Shown in pieces: positions 10,165 to 20,729 of a DNA stretch of 64,000 nt (position 1 is its first letter; each line of letters opens with the position of its first letter). A program made the translations under genes and the position numbers. Below the pieces are notes generated by a model. The model did no database searches. It was given only the letters and a program-made list of their open reading frames with translations, and was not told the origin of the DNA. The stretch is taken from the IMG/VR virus record IMGVR_UViG_3300028864_000017, one strand, 5' to 3'. This stretch comes from a virus (lineage: Duplodnaviria > Caudoviricetes).

Positions 10165-10478
10165 AAATTAAATTTGTTTGTTTGTATTATATATTCTAAT
10201 TCTTCTTTATTTTTTGATATATATTTTATTTCATCTAATGACATATTTCTTTCATTGTGCGAGAAATATTTTTCTAAATTTTTTGGTATTTCTTCATAAT
10301 ATATCACATATGGTCCCATGAAATCTGTATCATATCTAATATATTTACCTATATTATTTGATGTGAAATTAATAACGTCATAATAAGAATATAACTCTGA
10401 TTCATTACATACTACCCAATCTCCAATTTCTGGCTCATCTTTACTAATTGTTTCAAACAATTTAAATTTAGTTATCAT
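10161..10478 (-). CDS. hypothetical protein, terminal-tag family (similar to 4921..5259)
   Basis: MITKFKLFE...NKFNL; IGDWVVC/NNIGK resembles VGDYVRC/NNIGK. Confidence 0.8.
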   Translation of the reverse strand: MITKFKLFETISKDEPEIGDWVVCNESELYSYYDVINFTSNNIGKYIRYDTDFMGPYVIYYEEIPKNLEKYFSHNERNMSLDEIKYISKNKEELEYIIQTNKFNL

Positions 10479-10840
10479 ATATTGAATTTAGTGGTATTTT
10501 TTTTAAATTCAATATCGTCATAGTATTCTTGAATTTCTTCTGGAGTACATTCTAATTTACCCATAAATATATTATATTCATTACTTTCTGATGTTGGATA
10601 CCAATACCATGTATATGAGTCTTCATGTTCTGGATGTTTTACTAATGAAATAGTTTCAAAATTAGTATTAGTATCTTTAGTTGAAAAAACTTTATTCTTA
10701 CGAAGCCTTATCCAATCGATAATTTGTTTATCTGGCATTCCAATTTTTTTAAGAGAGATATAAAAATCTGGCATTTTTACTGGAATATTCCAAACTAATT
10801 TTTTATCAGAATCTTCAAATAGTTTAAATTTAGTTATCAT
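10475..10840 (-). CDS. hypothetical protein, terminal-tag family (start revised to 10840)
   Basis: MITKFKLFE...TKFNI. Confidence 0.8.
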   Translation of the reverse strand: MITKFKLFEDSDKKLVWNIPVKMPDFYISLKKIGMPDKQIIDWIRLRKNKVFSTKDTNTNFETISLVKHPEHEDSYTWYWYPTSESNEYNIFMGKLECTPEEIQEYYDDIEFKKNTTKFNI

Positions 10841-10886
10841 GTCATTATATATAAAAAACATTTTTAGAAAATAAATATTAATATAT

Positions 10887-11213
10887 ATGAATATGGAAAA
10901 TTCTAACTTAACTAAGCAAGCAAGATCTGATATATTCTCTGAATTATATCCAATTATAATTTTTTATATCAATAAAGGAGCTACATCACAAGCATTGAAA
11001 AAATATTATAGAAACTCTAAAAGGTTTAATGATATTTTAGATGATATAAAAAACAAAGGTGCTAATATAATAACAGATGATATTGAGTATAAAAATTTAG
11101 TAAGAACTGTATTAAATGATATATTAGATGATTTAATAGCAAAAGAAAAAGATGATGAATATAAAAAACTAACTCACATAAAAGAATTCAACTCATATGA
11201 ATATAAAAAATAA
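10887..11213 (+). CDS. hypothetical protein
   Basis: ORF track. Confidence 0.75.
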   Translation: MNMENSNLTKQARSDIFSELYPIIIFYINKGATSQALKKYYRNSKRFNDILDDIKNKGANIITDDIEYKNLVRTVLNDILDDLIAKEKDDEYKKLTHIKEFNSYEYKK

Positions 11214-11222
11214 TTATCAAAA

Positions 11223-11759
11223 ATGATAAATGAAATAAATAATATAAAAAAATTCACAGAATGGTCTCCATTATATGAATTTCAAATACCTAATGTAAAA
11301 TTGGATGAATTTTTCTATAACATAAAATTAGCTACTGCTAAATATACTAAAACTCTTGTTGATTATTTTAAAACATATGAACAATATATTGATTTAATGG
11401 ATAAAAAGAAACATCAATTCAAAATTAATGATATGTCAGGAGATATTTTAGGTACAGAAAAAGTAGTATTTAAATGTAGTATTTTTGATAAAGAAGATAT
11501 TGAAAATATTAGAGAAAATTTAGTAACTTTTGCATTATCAGAATTCTATTCTGATATACCTGATTCATTAAACGTTTTTGGTATTATGATGAAACCTTTA
11601 TCGTTTATTGATAAAGAAAAAGTTAAATATTCATTTCAACAAACAATAACATTTGACACAACAATAAACGTCATATCAACATTAGGTAATATGGTATATG
11701 ACAATGAATTCAATGGCTATTATATTTGGACTGACAAAAAAGACAAATTAACTGAATGA
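11223..11759 (+). CDS. hypothetical protein
   Basis: ORF track. Confidence 0.75.
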   Translation: MINEINNIKKFTEWSPLYEFQIPNVKLDEFFYNIKLATAKYTKTLVDYFKTYEQYIDLMDKKKHQFKINDMSGDILGTEKVVFKCSIFDKEDIENIRENLVTFALSEFYSDIPDSLNVFGIMMKPLSFIDKEKVKYSFQQTITFDTTINVISTLGNMVYDNEFNGYYIWTDKKDKLTE

Positions 11760-12295
11760 TAATTAAAAGATTTTTTCAATTAAATGAAAGTGTAATTCGG
11801 GAAGATAAATTATCTAAAATAGTAGATAGGTATGATGAATTATTAGAATATACAATTGAATATTTAAAAATATATGAGGAAATAGAAGATATAGTTAAAA
11901 TAACTGATTTTTGGGATGATAATATGATAGCATATACTGACAGTAATGAAAATGAAGAAGAATTTGAAATATCAAAAAATAGAATGATAGAATATAAGAA
12001 ATATTTAAAAGAAAATGGAATAAATAATTATAAAAAAATAATATCAGATAGAAATGATACATTTGGATGGATTACTGAATATTTAAAATTTAATAATTTA
12101 TGTAAAGATTCTGAATATGTTGATTTTTATACTTATACTGAAACTGGAAATGATGCATTAGAAATAGGAATAACAGACAATGATGTATTCAATCTTAGCA
12201 GGGATTACACATTCGATAAAGATGAATATCAATCATTAATATATTTCATAAATAATATAGAATCTTATGACTCAACAAAAAAATTTAATATTTGA
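11756..12295 (+). CDS. hypothetical protein, terminal-tag family
   Basis: MIIKRFFQLNE...KKFNI. Confidence 0.78.
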   Translation: MIIKRFFQLNESVIREDKLSKIVDRYDELLEYTIEYLKIYEEIEDIVKITDFWDDNMIAYTDSNENEEEFEISKNRMIEYKKYLKENGINNYKKIISDRNDTFGWITEYLKFNNLCKDSEYVDFYTYTETGNDALEIGITDNDVFNLSRDYTFDKDEYQSLIYFINNIESYDSTKKFNI

Positions 12296-12552
12296 TTATG
12301 ATAGAAAAAGATATGCAAATTAAAGAATTATATGATTTAAAACATATAAATGATAATATAATAACAGGATTTGATTATGAAGAAGGACTGATGACAAGAT
12401 CATTATCTAATTTGATGTTTCAAAATGAAACAACAAGCACATTTCTTGATAAAATTAAAAAATTATTGATTTATACAATAGAATCTAACTTAATAGTTAG
12501 AAATTTTTTCAATTATACAGTACACAAATACTACAATAAACATAATAATTAA
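12292..12552 (+). CDS. hypothetical protein
   Basis: ORF track. Confidence 0.6.
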   Translation: MIMIEKDMQIKELYDLKHINDNIITGFDYEEGLMTRSLSNLMFQNETTSTFLDKIKKLLIYTIESNLIVRNFFNYTVHKYYNKHNN

Positions 12553-12554
12553 AT

Positions 12555-12830
12555 ATGGAAATTAGAAAATTTGAAAAATACGAAAATAAAATTGAGCCTT
12601 TTATACAAGATCCTGAATACAGACTAATGCAGATTCATTCAAATGGAGACTCAGAAGAAATTGAGAGTGATGTAAATCCATTTGATTTAAATGAAATTGT
12701 TCAATTATACTTAGATTATAAAGGTTATGATAATAATATGTGGATAAAAAAAGTAACAGAAGAGATTGTAGACTTGAATATGATTCCTGAAATAAAAATA
12801 CACTTATCTTCAAAAAAATATAACATATAA
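12555..12830 (+). CDS. hypothetical protein, terminal-tag family
   Basis: MEIRKFEKYE...KKYNI. Confidence 0.78.
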   Translation: MEIRKFEKYENKIEPFIQDPEYRLMQIHSNGDSEEIESDVNPFDLNEIVQLYLDYKGYDNNMWIKKVTEEIVDLNMIPEIKIHLSSKKYNI

Positions 12831-12854
12831 TTTTTTTATTCAAATTATTATTTG

Positions 12855-12862
12855 TATATTTG
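12855..12862 (+). promoter_or_regulatory. Bacteroidota-type -7 promoter element
   Basis: TATATTTG matches TAnnTTTG, about 40 nt before ATG 12901. Confidence 0.6.
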
Positions 12863-12900
12863 TATTCGGAATTATAATAACTCACTTAAAAAGGTATATA

Positions 12901-13758
12901 ATGAATACAAAAGTTGAAAATTTAAAAATCAAAAAGAACGCTAAAATTAACGAGAAAACATTCAAATATTATTCATTTGATATTGATGATAATTTGCTAT
13001 ACACAAACACTAAAATCATCATGGAACATTTAGTAAATAATGAATGGATTGATGAAGAAGTAGACACAGAAATGTTTGCTAAAGTCAGAAGTGCTGAAGG
13101 ATGGCGGTATAAGTCAGGACAACTATCATTTGCAAATTTTAGAGATTGGGGTAAACTAAAAGATGAGACATTCATCGTTGCATTCAAAGATGCTGTAATG
13201 AATAAGAAATTTGCACCTTCTTGGACAACATTTATAGAATGTATCATAAATGGTAATATATTCTCTATTGTAACATCAAGAGGTCACTCGCCAAAAAACA
13301 TAAAAAAAGCGTTATATTGGCTTATATATGAGTATGGTTTAGAAAATTTCAAAGATTTACAAATTGAAAATGTGAATAAAGATGTTGATTTCAAAACTCA
13401 AATGATAAACAATCTTTTGAAATATCACAAAATATTTGGAACTGAATCTCACCAAGTAATTGATTATTATATTGAATTATGTCCAATTTATACTGTATCA
13501 TCTGATTATTTCATTGAAAAATATGGAATAATGCCAATAGAAGAATCAAAAAAAGTTGCTCTTCAAGATTTTAATGTATTAGTTAATAAATATGCAAATA
13601 AATTAGGAATAAATGTTGAATATGGTTTTTCAGATGATGATCCTAATTTTGTTAAGGCTGCAATGGATCAATTTTTAGAATTAAGATTATCAACTAAGAA
13701 TGTAACATATTCAGTATTTGATACAGGTGGTGATAAAAGAGTAAAAAAGGTAATGTAA
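12901..13758 (+). CDS. HAD-superfamily phosphatase-like protein
   Basis: FDIDDNLL (DxD motif I), IVTSRG (motif II), GFSDDD (motif IV). Confidence 0.7.
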   Translation: MNTKVENLKIKKNAKINEKTFKYYSFDIDDNLLYTNTKIIMEHLVNNEWIDEEVDTEMFAKVRSAEGWRYKSGQLSFANFRDWGKLKDETFIVAFKDAVMNKKFAPSWTTFIECIINGNIFSIVTSRGHSPKNIKKALYWLIYEYGLENFKDLQIENVNKDVDFKTQMINNLLKYHKIFGTESHQVIDYYIELCPIYTVSSDYFIEKYGIMPIEESKKVALQDFNVLVNKYANKLGINVEYGFSDDDPNFVKAAMDQFLELRLSTKNVTYSVFDTGGDKRVKKVM

Positions 13759-13762
13759 AATT

Positions 13763-13984
13763 ATGATACTCACAAATAAAAGTAGAAATATTTGGGTATC
13801 TGAGAATTTCAACAGATATAACAAATTATCAAACATTTTTAATTTATCAAATGATGACATTAAATTTTTAGATAAATTTGAATCAATATATAATAAATTA
13901 CACTCAAAAGAAATTAAAGAATTCTATAATGACACTCCATTAGCCCACATAGGACGAACTCACAAAGTTCTATATAAGAATTAA
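13763..13984 (+). CDS. hypothetical protein
   Basis: ORF track. Confidence 0.55.
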   Translation: MILTNKSRNIWVSENFNRYNKLSNIFNLSNDDIKFLDKFESIYNKLHSKEIKEFYNDTPLAHIGRTHKVLYKN

Positions 13985-13988
13985 AAAC

Positions 13989-14022
13989 AAAAAAAACCAA
14001 CATTATTAATGTTGGTTTTTTT
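13989..14022. terminator. bidirectional intrinsic terminator between convergent genes
   Basis: aaaaaaaaccaacatt-att-aatgttggttttttt. Confidence 0.85.
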
Positions 14023-14041
14023 ATATAAACTAATATTGAAA

Positions 14042-14182
14042 TTAGTTTTTGCTATAAAACTCACCCATTGTAACCAATTGAAAGCACTGAGTAGGTGTAA
14101 TGCCATTTTTCTCTGCATATTCAGCAATGTTTGATCCAGTTGAAACATAACCATTGTAAAAAGAAATTAATTGTTCATTCAT
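14042..14182 (-). CDS. small hypothetical protein (46 aa, not in ORF track)
   Basis: MNEQLISFYNGYVSTGSNIAEYAEKNGITPTQCFQLVTMGEFYSKN; own promoter upstream, terminator downstream. Confidence 0.7.
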   Translation of the reverse strand: MNEQLISFYNGYVSTGSNIAEYAEKNGITPTQCFQLVTMGEFYSKN

Positions 14183-14220
14183 TTTTTTAATTTTTAGATT
14201 GTTTTATAATTAATTGAATA

Positions 14221-14251
14221 CAAAGGTATATAAAAAAATCTGAACTACAAA
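14221..14251 (-). promoter_or_regulatory. Bacteroidota-type promoter (-33/-7)
   Basis: minus strand TTTG-N19-TACCTTTG. Confidence 0.7.
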
Positions 14252-14271
14252 AGTAATTCAGATTTTTTATG

Positions 14272-14535
14272 TTAAATATTATGTTCTATTTCTAAAATTT
14301 TTATTTTTCTTTCATATGATATATCTTTTAGATAAAACCAATTTTTATATGACAATCCAAAGTTATCTTTATTTATTGTAAAAAATGAATTTTCATCATT
14401 ATCATCTAAAATACATAATCTCATATAATCTGTATCAATATCAATACTTATGATTTCATATAATGAACCACAAGTTAAAATTGATGAACCACATTCAGAT
14501 TTATAACAACATAATTTATCTCCAACTTTTATCAT
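14272..14535 (-). CDS. hypothetical protein, C-terminal RKxKL family
   Basis: ends ERKIKILEIEHNI. Confidence 0.7.
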   Translation of the reverse strand: MIKVGDKLCCYKSECGSSILTCGSLYEIISIDIDTDYMRLCILDDNDENSFFTINKDNFGLSYKNWFYLKDISYERKIKILEIEHNI

Positions 14536-16331
14536 TTAAGCAAAGATTTCAATTCTTCTAAATAATCAGAGAATTGTTTGAATGCATCTTTATAACATTC
14601 TCCATCAGTCAAATCAATACCAGCTTTTTTAAGCAAATCTACAGGATAATCACTACCACCAGATTTCAATAATTCCATATATTTTTCTAATTGTTCTTTA
14701 TCTCCATTCAAAATTCTAGTCGAAAGAATAACTGCAGAAATAAAGCTAGTTGAATATTGAAATACATAAAAATCATAATAGAAATGTGGAATACGTGACC
14801 ATTCATTTGCATATAGTTTATCAATTTTTATGATGTTTTTATCTTCACCATGATACTTTTTAAGTAATTCATAATACTTATCATTCATCATTGATGATGT
14901 TAGAACCTCTTCATTTTCTACTGATTCATACATAAATTTTTCAAATTCAGCGAACATGGTTTGTCTGAATACAGTAGTCCTAAAATGTTCAATATAATTA
15001 TTCAACAAGAAAATTTTCAATTGCTTATCATCTGTTGTAGTTAGCATATGATTAAGAAGCAATAACTCATTTGTTGTTGATGCAATTTCAGCAATGAATG
15101 TTGAGTAACTTGCTTTATTGTATGGTTGATTTTCATTACTTAGAACAGAATGTCCAGCGTGTCCAGCTTCATGAAGCATAGTTGAAACATCATCATATTT
15201 ACCTTTATAGTTCAATAGAATATAAGGATGAACATCATACACAGAACCATTCATATAAGCACCAGTATCTTTAAATTGATTTGGATAAATATCTATCCAA
15301 CTTTCACTTATTGCTCTATTCATAATATCTGTATATTCTTCACCAAGAATTGCAGTAGATTCAATAAGTAATTTCTTAGCGTTATCATACGAATATTCAT
15401 AATCAACATCATCAACAATAGGATTATACAAATCATAATAATTCAAATCTTCATATCCTAAAATATCTTTTCTAAGATTAAGATAATCAAACATTTTATC
15501 AAGATTATTAGAAACGTTTTCAATCAATCCGTCATAAATAGATGTTGGAATATTTTCTGATGATAAAGATTGATCTAAAGATGATTTATAATTTCTAATT
15601 TTACTTCCTGTTGTTGAACTCTTAATAAATTTGAACATCAATTTAGATAGTGTGTTCTTATATTCATCAAATGTCTTATAGAAAGTATCATAAACTAATT
15701 TACGGTCATCTCTATTACTTGACTCAATTAATACTCTATAATTCCTATCATCAACCAAAACATCTTCTCCATTAGATAATTTTACAGTTGAATATTTCAG
15801 TTCAGTATTTTTGAATATAGTATAAACATCACTTGACGTAGAAAAAACATCCGAGATTTTAGTAAGAAGTTCTTCTTCTATTTTAGATAAAATATGACTC
15901 TTATTTTTTAAGGTATCTTTAATATCAAAATGATAAAGCTTCAAATCATCATTTGATAATATTATAGAAATTGTTTCATCATCAAAATGAATAATTTCAT
16001 CAGTGATGAATGCGCATTTTGAACTTATTTTAACAGACGCATCTTTCACTTTCTGAACCAACTTATCTGCATCTTCATTATTTTGCTCTTGATCTAAATA
16101 CATGTTAGCATAACAAAAAAGTTTTGTGATCATTTTTCTTACATCTCCCATTAAATCTAAGCAATCTTTCAGTTCTTTTGGATTTGATAATTTTCCATTA
16201 AATAATTCAATTTTTTCAGTGAATCCAACAATTTTATTACAATCACTATCAAAATCTGATCTATTTTCGTAAATATGAGTCAAATTCCATTTAAACTCTT
16301 CGGGAATGTCTTTTCTTAATTTTGTTTCCAT
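14532..16331 (-). CDS. pepF: oligoendopeptidase F (M3B metallopeptidase)
   Basis: KWNLTHIY N-terminus, HPYILLNY, HEAGH zinc motif, EIAS, RIPHFY, SGGSDYP. Confidence 0.95.
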   Translation of the reverse strand: METKLRKDIPEEFKWNLTHIYENRSDFDSDCNKIVGFTEKIELFNGKLSNPKELKDCLDLMGDVRKMITKLFCYANMYLDQEQNNEDADKLVQKVKDASVKISSKCAFITDEIIHFDDETISIILSNDDLKLYHFDIKDTLKNKSHILSKIEEELLTKISDVFSTSSDVYTIFKNTELKYSTVKLSNGEDVLVDDRNYRVLIESSNRDDRKLVYDTFYKTFDEYKNTLSKLMFKFIKSSTTGSKIRNYKSSLDQSLSSENIPTSIYDGLIENVSNNLDKMFDYLNLRKDILGYEDLNYYDLYNPIVDDVDYEYSYDNAKKLLIESTAILGEEYTDIMNRAISESWIDIYPNQFKDTGAYMNGSVYDVHPYILLNYKGKYDDVSTMLHEAGHAGHSVLSNENQPYNKASYSTFIAEIASTTNELLLLNHMLTTTDDKQLKIFLLNNYIEHFRTTVFRQTMFAEFEKFMYESVENEEVLTSSMMNDKYYELLKKYHGEDKNIIKIDKLYANEWSRIPHFYYDFYVFQYSTSFISAVILSTRILNGDKEQLEKYMELLKSGGSDYPVDLLKKAGIDLTDGECYKDAFKQFSDYLEELKSLLK

Positions 16332-16333
16332 TT

Positions 16334-17059
16334 TTATTTTATAATTGTTTGAATTTTATCCGTTTGTGTTTGATTTTGCAACCATTTATTTGTAATTTTT
16401 CTATATTTTATGCTATCTTTAATCTCTTTAATCTTTTTTTTGGAATCTTCAATTTCTTTATGAAATCTTTCTTTATCAGAATTATATAAAGGCATAAGCT
16501 CATTATATAAATCTAATTGACTTTTATCATTACCATCATTCAGCATCTTAGTTGATTGAATCAAGCATGTTTTTACATCATCATTATTTATATACCAAGT
16601 TTTTTGTGTTATCCATTTTTTTGTATCATCATCTATTTGAAATTGCTCTGATGTTAATTCAACTTCTTTCATATTAGTCAAATCAATTAATTTATTTTCA
16701 TTATCTTTTAGCCATTTAGTATATCGTTCCATATTACCAACGTTTTTCAACATATCAGATATTTTAACTCCTATTCCTAAATCTTCCTTTCCAAGATACA
16801 TTCTAATAAAAATTAAAGCGCCTGGATGGGTTGTATCATCATCTTTAATAGCAAAATAACAACCAGCAGGAACAACCCATTCATCAGATGGTAAGAATGA
16901 AAATGATTTAACATAAATATCAGCTTTACCTTCTTCAATAAGTTCATCTACTAATTTAGCATATTCACTTGATTTTGCTCTAATGATTGATAGTGCCAAG
17001 CCTTGACCAGTTTCTTTTGTAAGATGAATAATCTTATTTAGCATTTCTGTTTTTTCCAT
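16334..17059 (-). CDS. hypothetical protein
   Basis: 241 aa ORF. Confidence 0.75.
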   Translation of the reverse strand: MEKTEMLNKIIHLTKETGQGLALSIIRAKSSEYAKLVDELIEEGKADIYVKSFSFLPSDEWVVPAGCYFAIKDDDTTHPGALIFIRMYLGKEDLGIGVKISDMLKNVGNMERYTKWLKDNENKLIDLTNMKEVELTSEQFQIDDDTKKWITQKTWYINNDDVKTCLIQSTKMLNDGNDKSQLDLYNELMPLYNSDKERFHKEIEDSKKKIKEIKDSIKYRKITNKWLQNQTQTDKIQTIIK

Positions 17060-17587
17060 TTATTTTGTTTTTTTTGGTTTTATTGTCATTTGCATTCTTT
17101 TACCTTCTAATTTTGGCATAGACTCTGCTATTCCAATTCCATCTAATTCTTCAACAAACTTCAATAATTTAACTTTACCTTGATCTTGATATACTATCTC
17201 TCTTCCTTTGAAAAATACTGATAATAATACTTTATTTCCTTCAGATAAAAAGTTTTTTGCGTGTGTCAATTTAAAATTGAAATCATGTTCATCAATATTA
17301 GGAGTCATTCTAATCTCTTTGACTTCAATCTGATTTTGTTTTTGAGTTTTCTTTTGTTCTTTATCTTTTTTCTTTTTATCATAAAGAAATTTTTCATAAT
17401 CAACTATTCTACATATAGAAATATTATTATTAGATGATATTTCTACTAAATCTAATTCCATTTCATCTGCAAGTCTAATAGCCTTTCTAGTATCTAAAAC
17501 ACAATTTTCGACGTTATCTCCTACTAATCTAACACTTTGATTGGTAATAAATCTATTAATCTTGTTTTGATTTTCTGGTTTACTCAT
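17060..17587 (-). CDS. infC: translation initiation factor IF-3
   Basis: VRLVG, LDLVEIS, CRIVDYEKFLY, VKEIRMTPNIDEHD, GNKV, KLEGKRM. Confidence 0.95.
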   Translation of the reverse strand: MSKPENQNKINRFITNQSVRLVGDNVENCVLDTRKAIRLADEMELDLVEISSNNNISICRIVDYEKFLYDKKKKDKEQKKTQKQNQIEVKEIRMTPNIDEHDFNFKLTHAKNFLSEGNKVLLSVFFKGREIVYQDQGKVKLLKFVEELDGIGIAESMPKLEGKRMQMTIKPKKTK

Positions 17588-17608
17588 ATTTATTATTAAT
17601 TATTTGTG

Positions 17609-17640
17609 CAAATATAATAAAATTATTTCTATATACCAAA
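17609..17640 (-). promoter_or_regulatory. Bacteroidota-type promoter for the infC-pepF operon
   Basis: minus strand TTTG-N20-TATATTTG. Confidence 0.75.
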
Positions 17641-17655
17641 TATATTGATACTTCA

Positions 17656-18333
17656 TTAAAAATATTTATGAAATATATTAAAATTTAATTTATTTTTATT
17701 TATAATATTAATCATAGAATAAAGTTGATTATTTTCATTAGTATTAAATAATACATCATTATATTCAGTATATTCTATTAATTTCCAAGCATCTAAAATC
17801 AATTCTTCCCTTATTTCTTCATATAATTGATAATTGGAAAAATTATCTTTTTGCCCTAAAAAACGAAGTTCACTTCTTCTAAAATTATCAAGTTCACCAT
17901 GTCCACAGCAAGGTCTCATAATATCCAAAACATCAGAATCATAAACTATATTATGATTTATGTCATTTGTTAAGTTCTTACTAATTAGTGATGAAATATA
18001 TTTACATTTATCTTCATCATAAAAAGAATTTTCTAATAAGTATTTTAAACAATTATTTGCACTATCATCTTCCCATAAATCTATTCCACTTCCTTTTCTA
18101 CCGCTATCATGAAAAGATACTGCATATCTTATTGCATTGAAATCTATATCTTTACCTAATTCCTTTGTATAAAATCTTGACATAAATTCAGAAAAAATAA
18201 TAGATCTTGATATGTGACGTCTTCCATGAATTCCATATTCATCAAAACTATTTTCATGTTTTTTATAAATATTTAGAATTGATTTATCCAACTCATTTAA
18301 AAAATCATTCCATTCTTCAATGTCTTTATTCAT
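17656..18333 (-). CDS. HD-domain phosphohydrolase-like protein (start revised to 18333)
   Basis: HGRRHISR, FHDSGR, YDSDVLD motifs. Confidence 0.75.
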   Translation of the reverse strand: MNKDIEEWNDFLNELDKSILNIYKKHENSFDEYGIHGRRHISRSIIFSEFMSRFYTKELGKDIDFNAIRYAVSFHDSGRKGSGIDLWEDDSANNCLKYLLENSFYDEDKCKYISSLISKNLTNDINHNIVYDSDVLDIMRPCCGHGELDNFRRSELRFLGQKDNFSNYQLYEEIREELILDAWKLIEYTEYNDVLFNTNENNQLYSMINIINKNKLNFNIFHKYF

Positions 18334-18334
18334 T

Positions 18335-19552
18335 TTATTTTTTGTATTTATTTTTATCGTATTGTTTTTTACCAAAATACTCTGGTTTAGGATATAAAGT
18401 TTCATCTAAATATAATTTATCAAAAACATCATTTGAAAAATATTTTTGAAGATTTATTTTTTTGAATTTTTCCATATCTTTTATTTCCTGAACTAATTTA
18501 TTCAAATCTTTAATTTTAATTAAATATTTCTTAGCAACGTATTTATCTTTCTTATTTTTTAATAAATCTTCTACCAATTTTTGCCACAAAAAAACCTTAT
18601 ATCCTTGATCTAAGAGAGTTTGAGATTTTCTTATACCAACATTATCTTGATCTAAAAAGAATTGAATATCTAAGTCAGAATCAAATAAAAATGATAAGTC
18701 AGTGTCAATACTATTTAATCCTATTGCTCCAATAGAATTACTATGAGATTTTTCATAATTCATAAATAATGAATCTAACATTCCTTCAAATATTGTCACT
18801 GGTTCATTCCAATCAACATTCAATATATTAAAAAAGTTAGAAAGCTTATTATAAGATAACATTTCTAATTCATCTAATATTTCATCAGGATGTAAAATTG
18901 AATATACTTTTTCAAAATTAAAAATCTTAAAAAATCTCTTATCACCAGGCTTCATATTTCGAATTTGCATTCCCAACATTTTTTTACCTGACTTATTCAA
19001 CATCACAATACATTTCTCAGTCCATCTATCAGTCAAATGATAATCGCATTCATAAATATTTTCAAAATCTTCAATTAATCTTTCATATTTCAAATATTGA
19101 TATGCAGCGGAATTAAATTGTATAGGTTTAAATTTTGATATTTGATGTTCTGAATGCTCATTAACATAATTAGAAAATTCATCAATATCAATTAATTTGT
19201 TCAAATTTTCAGGAATATAAACATCTTTCTTCCTATCAAATTTCATATGAGAATCCGCAAAATCATATAATGCTTGTTTCTCTTCTAACCCAATATCAAC
19301 TTTAAAATCACTACATAGATGAGTAACACTAGCTCTGCAACCTTCATTAAAGCAAACCATAAATGTAGGATTATCCTTGTAAATGTTTGCTCTTTTTGCA
19401 TTAGGATCTTTCTGTGAATCACCACATACTGGGCAAGCAAAATTTATTCTATCATTATAATCTTTAATTAGAAATTTACGGGGATCAGAATGAGCATTTT
19501 TTAATACTTCTGAAATCTTACTTTTTATATATTCAATATCTATTTTTGACAT
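18335..19552 (-). CDS. DNA primase, T4 gp61-like
   Basis: NFACPVCGDSQ...CFNEGC zinc finger; TOPRIM IFEGMLDSLF and LDQD. Confidence 0.88.
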   Translation of the reverse strand: MSKIDIEYIKSKISEVLKNAHSDPRKFLIKDYNDRINFACPVCGDSQKDPNAKRANIYKDNPTFMVCFNEGCRASVTHLCSDFKVDIGLEEKQALYDFADSHMKFDRKKDVYIPENLNKLIDIDEFSNYVNEHSEHQISKFKPIQFNSAAYQYLKYERLIEDFENIYECDYHLTDRWTEKCIVMLNKSGKKMLGMQIRNMKPGDKRFFKIFNFEKVYSILHPDEILDELEMLSYNKLSNFFNILNVDWNEPVTIFEGMLDSLFMNYEKSHSNSIGAIGLNSIDTDLSFLFDSDLDIQFFLDQDNVGIRKSQTLLDQGYKVFLWQKLVEDLLKNKKDKYVAKKYLIKIKDLNKLVQEIKDMEKFKKINLQKYFSNDVFDKLYLDETLYPKPEYFGKKQYDKNKYKK

Positions 19553-19729
19553 AACTCATGATATAAAAAATGATTAATAAAGTTTAATCAAATAAAAAAC
19601 GAAAATCAGGAAGGATAACAACCTGATTTTCATGTATAAAAATAAAAAGATGCAAGATCATGATATATATATTATATATATTTATATATTAATCTTAATT
19701 AACTATATATCAGATACTTAATTTATATA

Positions 19730-20146
19730 TTATAATGTTATATCCAGGTTATCTTGTATATTTCCTATAATTTCCATATCTTTTCTTGAATAATAACCAT
19801 TACCCAATTTGCTATTACATGTTGTAAGTAATATGAAAAGATCATCATTCTTTGATTTGATTTCTTTTATTGATTTTATTGGATTAATCCACCAACAAGT
19901 ATTTTGTTGATTCCATTCCACAATGTACATGATATCATCATCAGATAGTATATCATTTTCAAAAATTCTAACATTATTCTTATCAGTGATCCCTGTGAAT
20001 TGTCCTTCTGTTTCAGATAAAATACTGAATTCTGGTATGTATTTACAGGTACGTTCTTCTGTAATAATATCTGAAAATACTATTCCAAATTGGTTATAGT
20101 ATATCCAATCATTGTTTTCTAATTTTACTCTAAAAATTTTTTCCAT
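19730..20146 (-). CDS. YopX-like phage protein
   Basis: GQFTGITDKNNVRIFENDIL...EIIGNI signature. Confidence 0.8.
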   Translation of the reverse strand: MEKIFRVKLENNDWIYYNQFGIVFSDIITEERTCKYIPEFSILSETEGQFTGITDKNNVRIFENDILSDDDIMYIVEWNQQNTCWWINPIKSIKEIKSKNDDLFILLTTCNSKLGNGYYSRKDMEIIGNIQDNLDITL

Positions 20147-20166
20147 TTTAATAGTTTATTGTGTTA

Positions 20167-20640
20167 TTATTCAAATATCTCTATTATATCTACAAGGTTA
20201 TTATAGATTTCATTGTAGCCACCAGAATGTCCATTGGAATATGAAAGGCTATATACTTTTTTTTGATATTTTTCTGGTACATTATCATAAAGACCACTTT
20301 CAGTTTTAATGAAATTTTCAATTACAGAATTTCTATCATTAAAATATTTATGATATTCATCATTAATTTTTTTATATTCAGGAAGAGATTCTTCATATCT
20401 TTGAAGTTTTTCTGTATATAATTTAACATCATCTAATGAGTGTTTCTTAGTAAGATATGGCTTTATTGGTCTTTCTGGATATTCATCAGAATTTTTCTGA
20501 ATAGCATCAATAGTTTCAGAAACACTAAGATTATTTTCTTCCATATAACTAAGTACAATTTCTAATGTAATTTTACCTTTTAAATTTGTTTTCATAACAT
20601 TAAATTTTAAATGATTATTTGTGTTTAATTGACAATGCAA
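20167..20640 (-). CDS. hypothetical protein (true start probably MKTNLK near 20596)
   Basis: ORF track; the -7 element at 20638-20645 overlaps the annotated start. Confidence 0.7.
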   Translation of the reverse strand: MHCQLNTNNHLKFNVMKTNLKGKITLEIVLSYMEENNLSVSETIDAIQKNSDEYPERPIKPYLTKKHSLDDVKLYTEKLQRYEESLPEYKKINDEYHKYFNDRNSVIENFIKTESGLYDNVPEKYQKKVYSLSYSNGHSGGYNEIYNNLVDIIEIFE

Positions 20641-20689
20641 AGATAACCATTTATATAAATAAAATCTAATTATATTTTGTTAAATAAAT

Positions 20690-20719
20690 AAAAAAAGAGA
20701 GCACTTAGGCTCTCTTTTT
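20690..20719. terminator. intrinsic terminator hairpin
   Basis: aaaaaaagagagc-actta-ggctctcttttt. Confidence 0.8.
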
Positions 20720-20729
20720 ATTAAATATA

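Noticed and set aside
19601-19631. Inverted repeat gaaaatcagg...cctgattttc upstream of the primase
   Set aside because: It is a single hairpin with a long loop and no U tract; function cannot be supported, possibly a weak terminator or operator.
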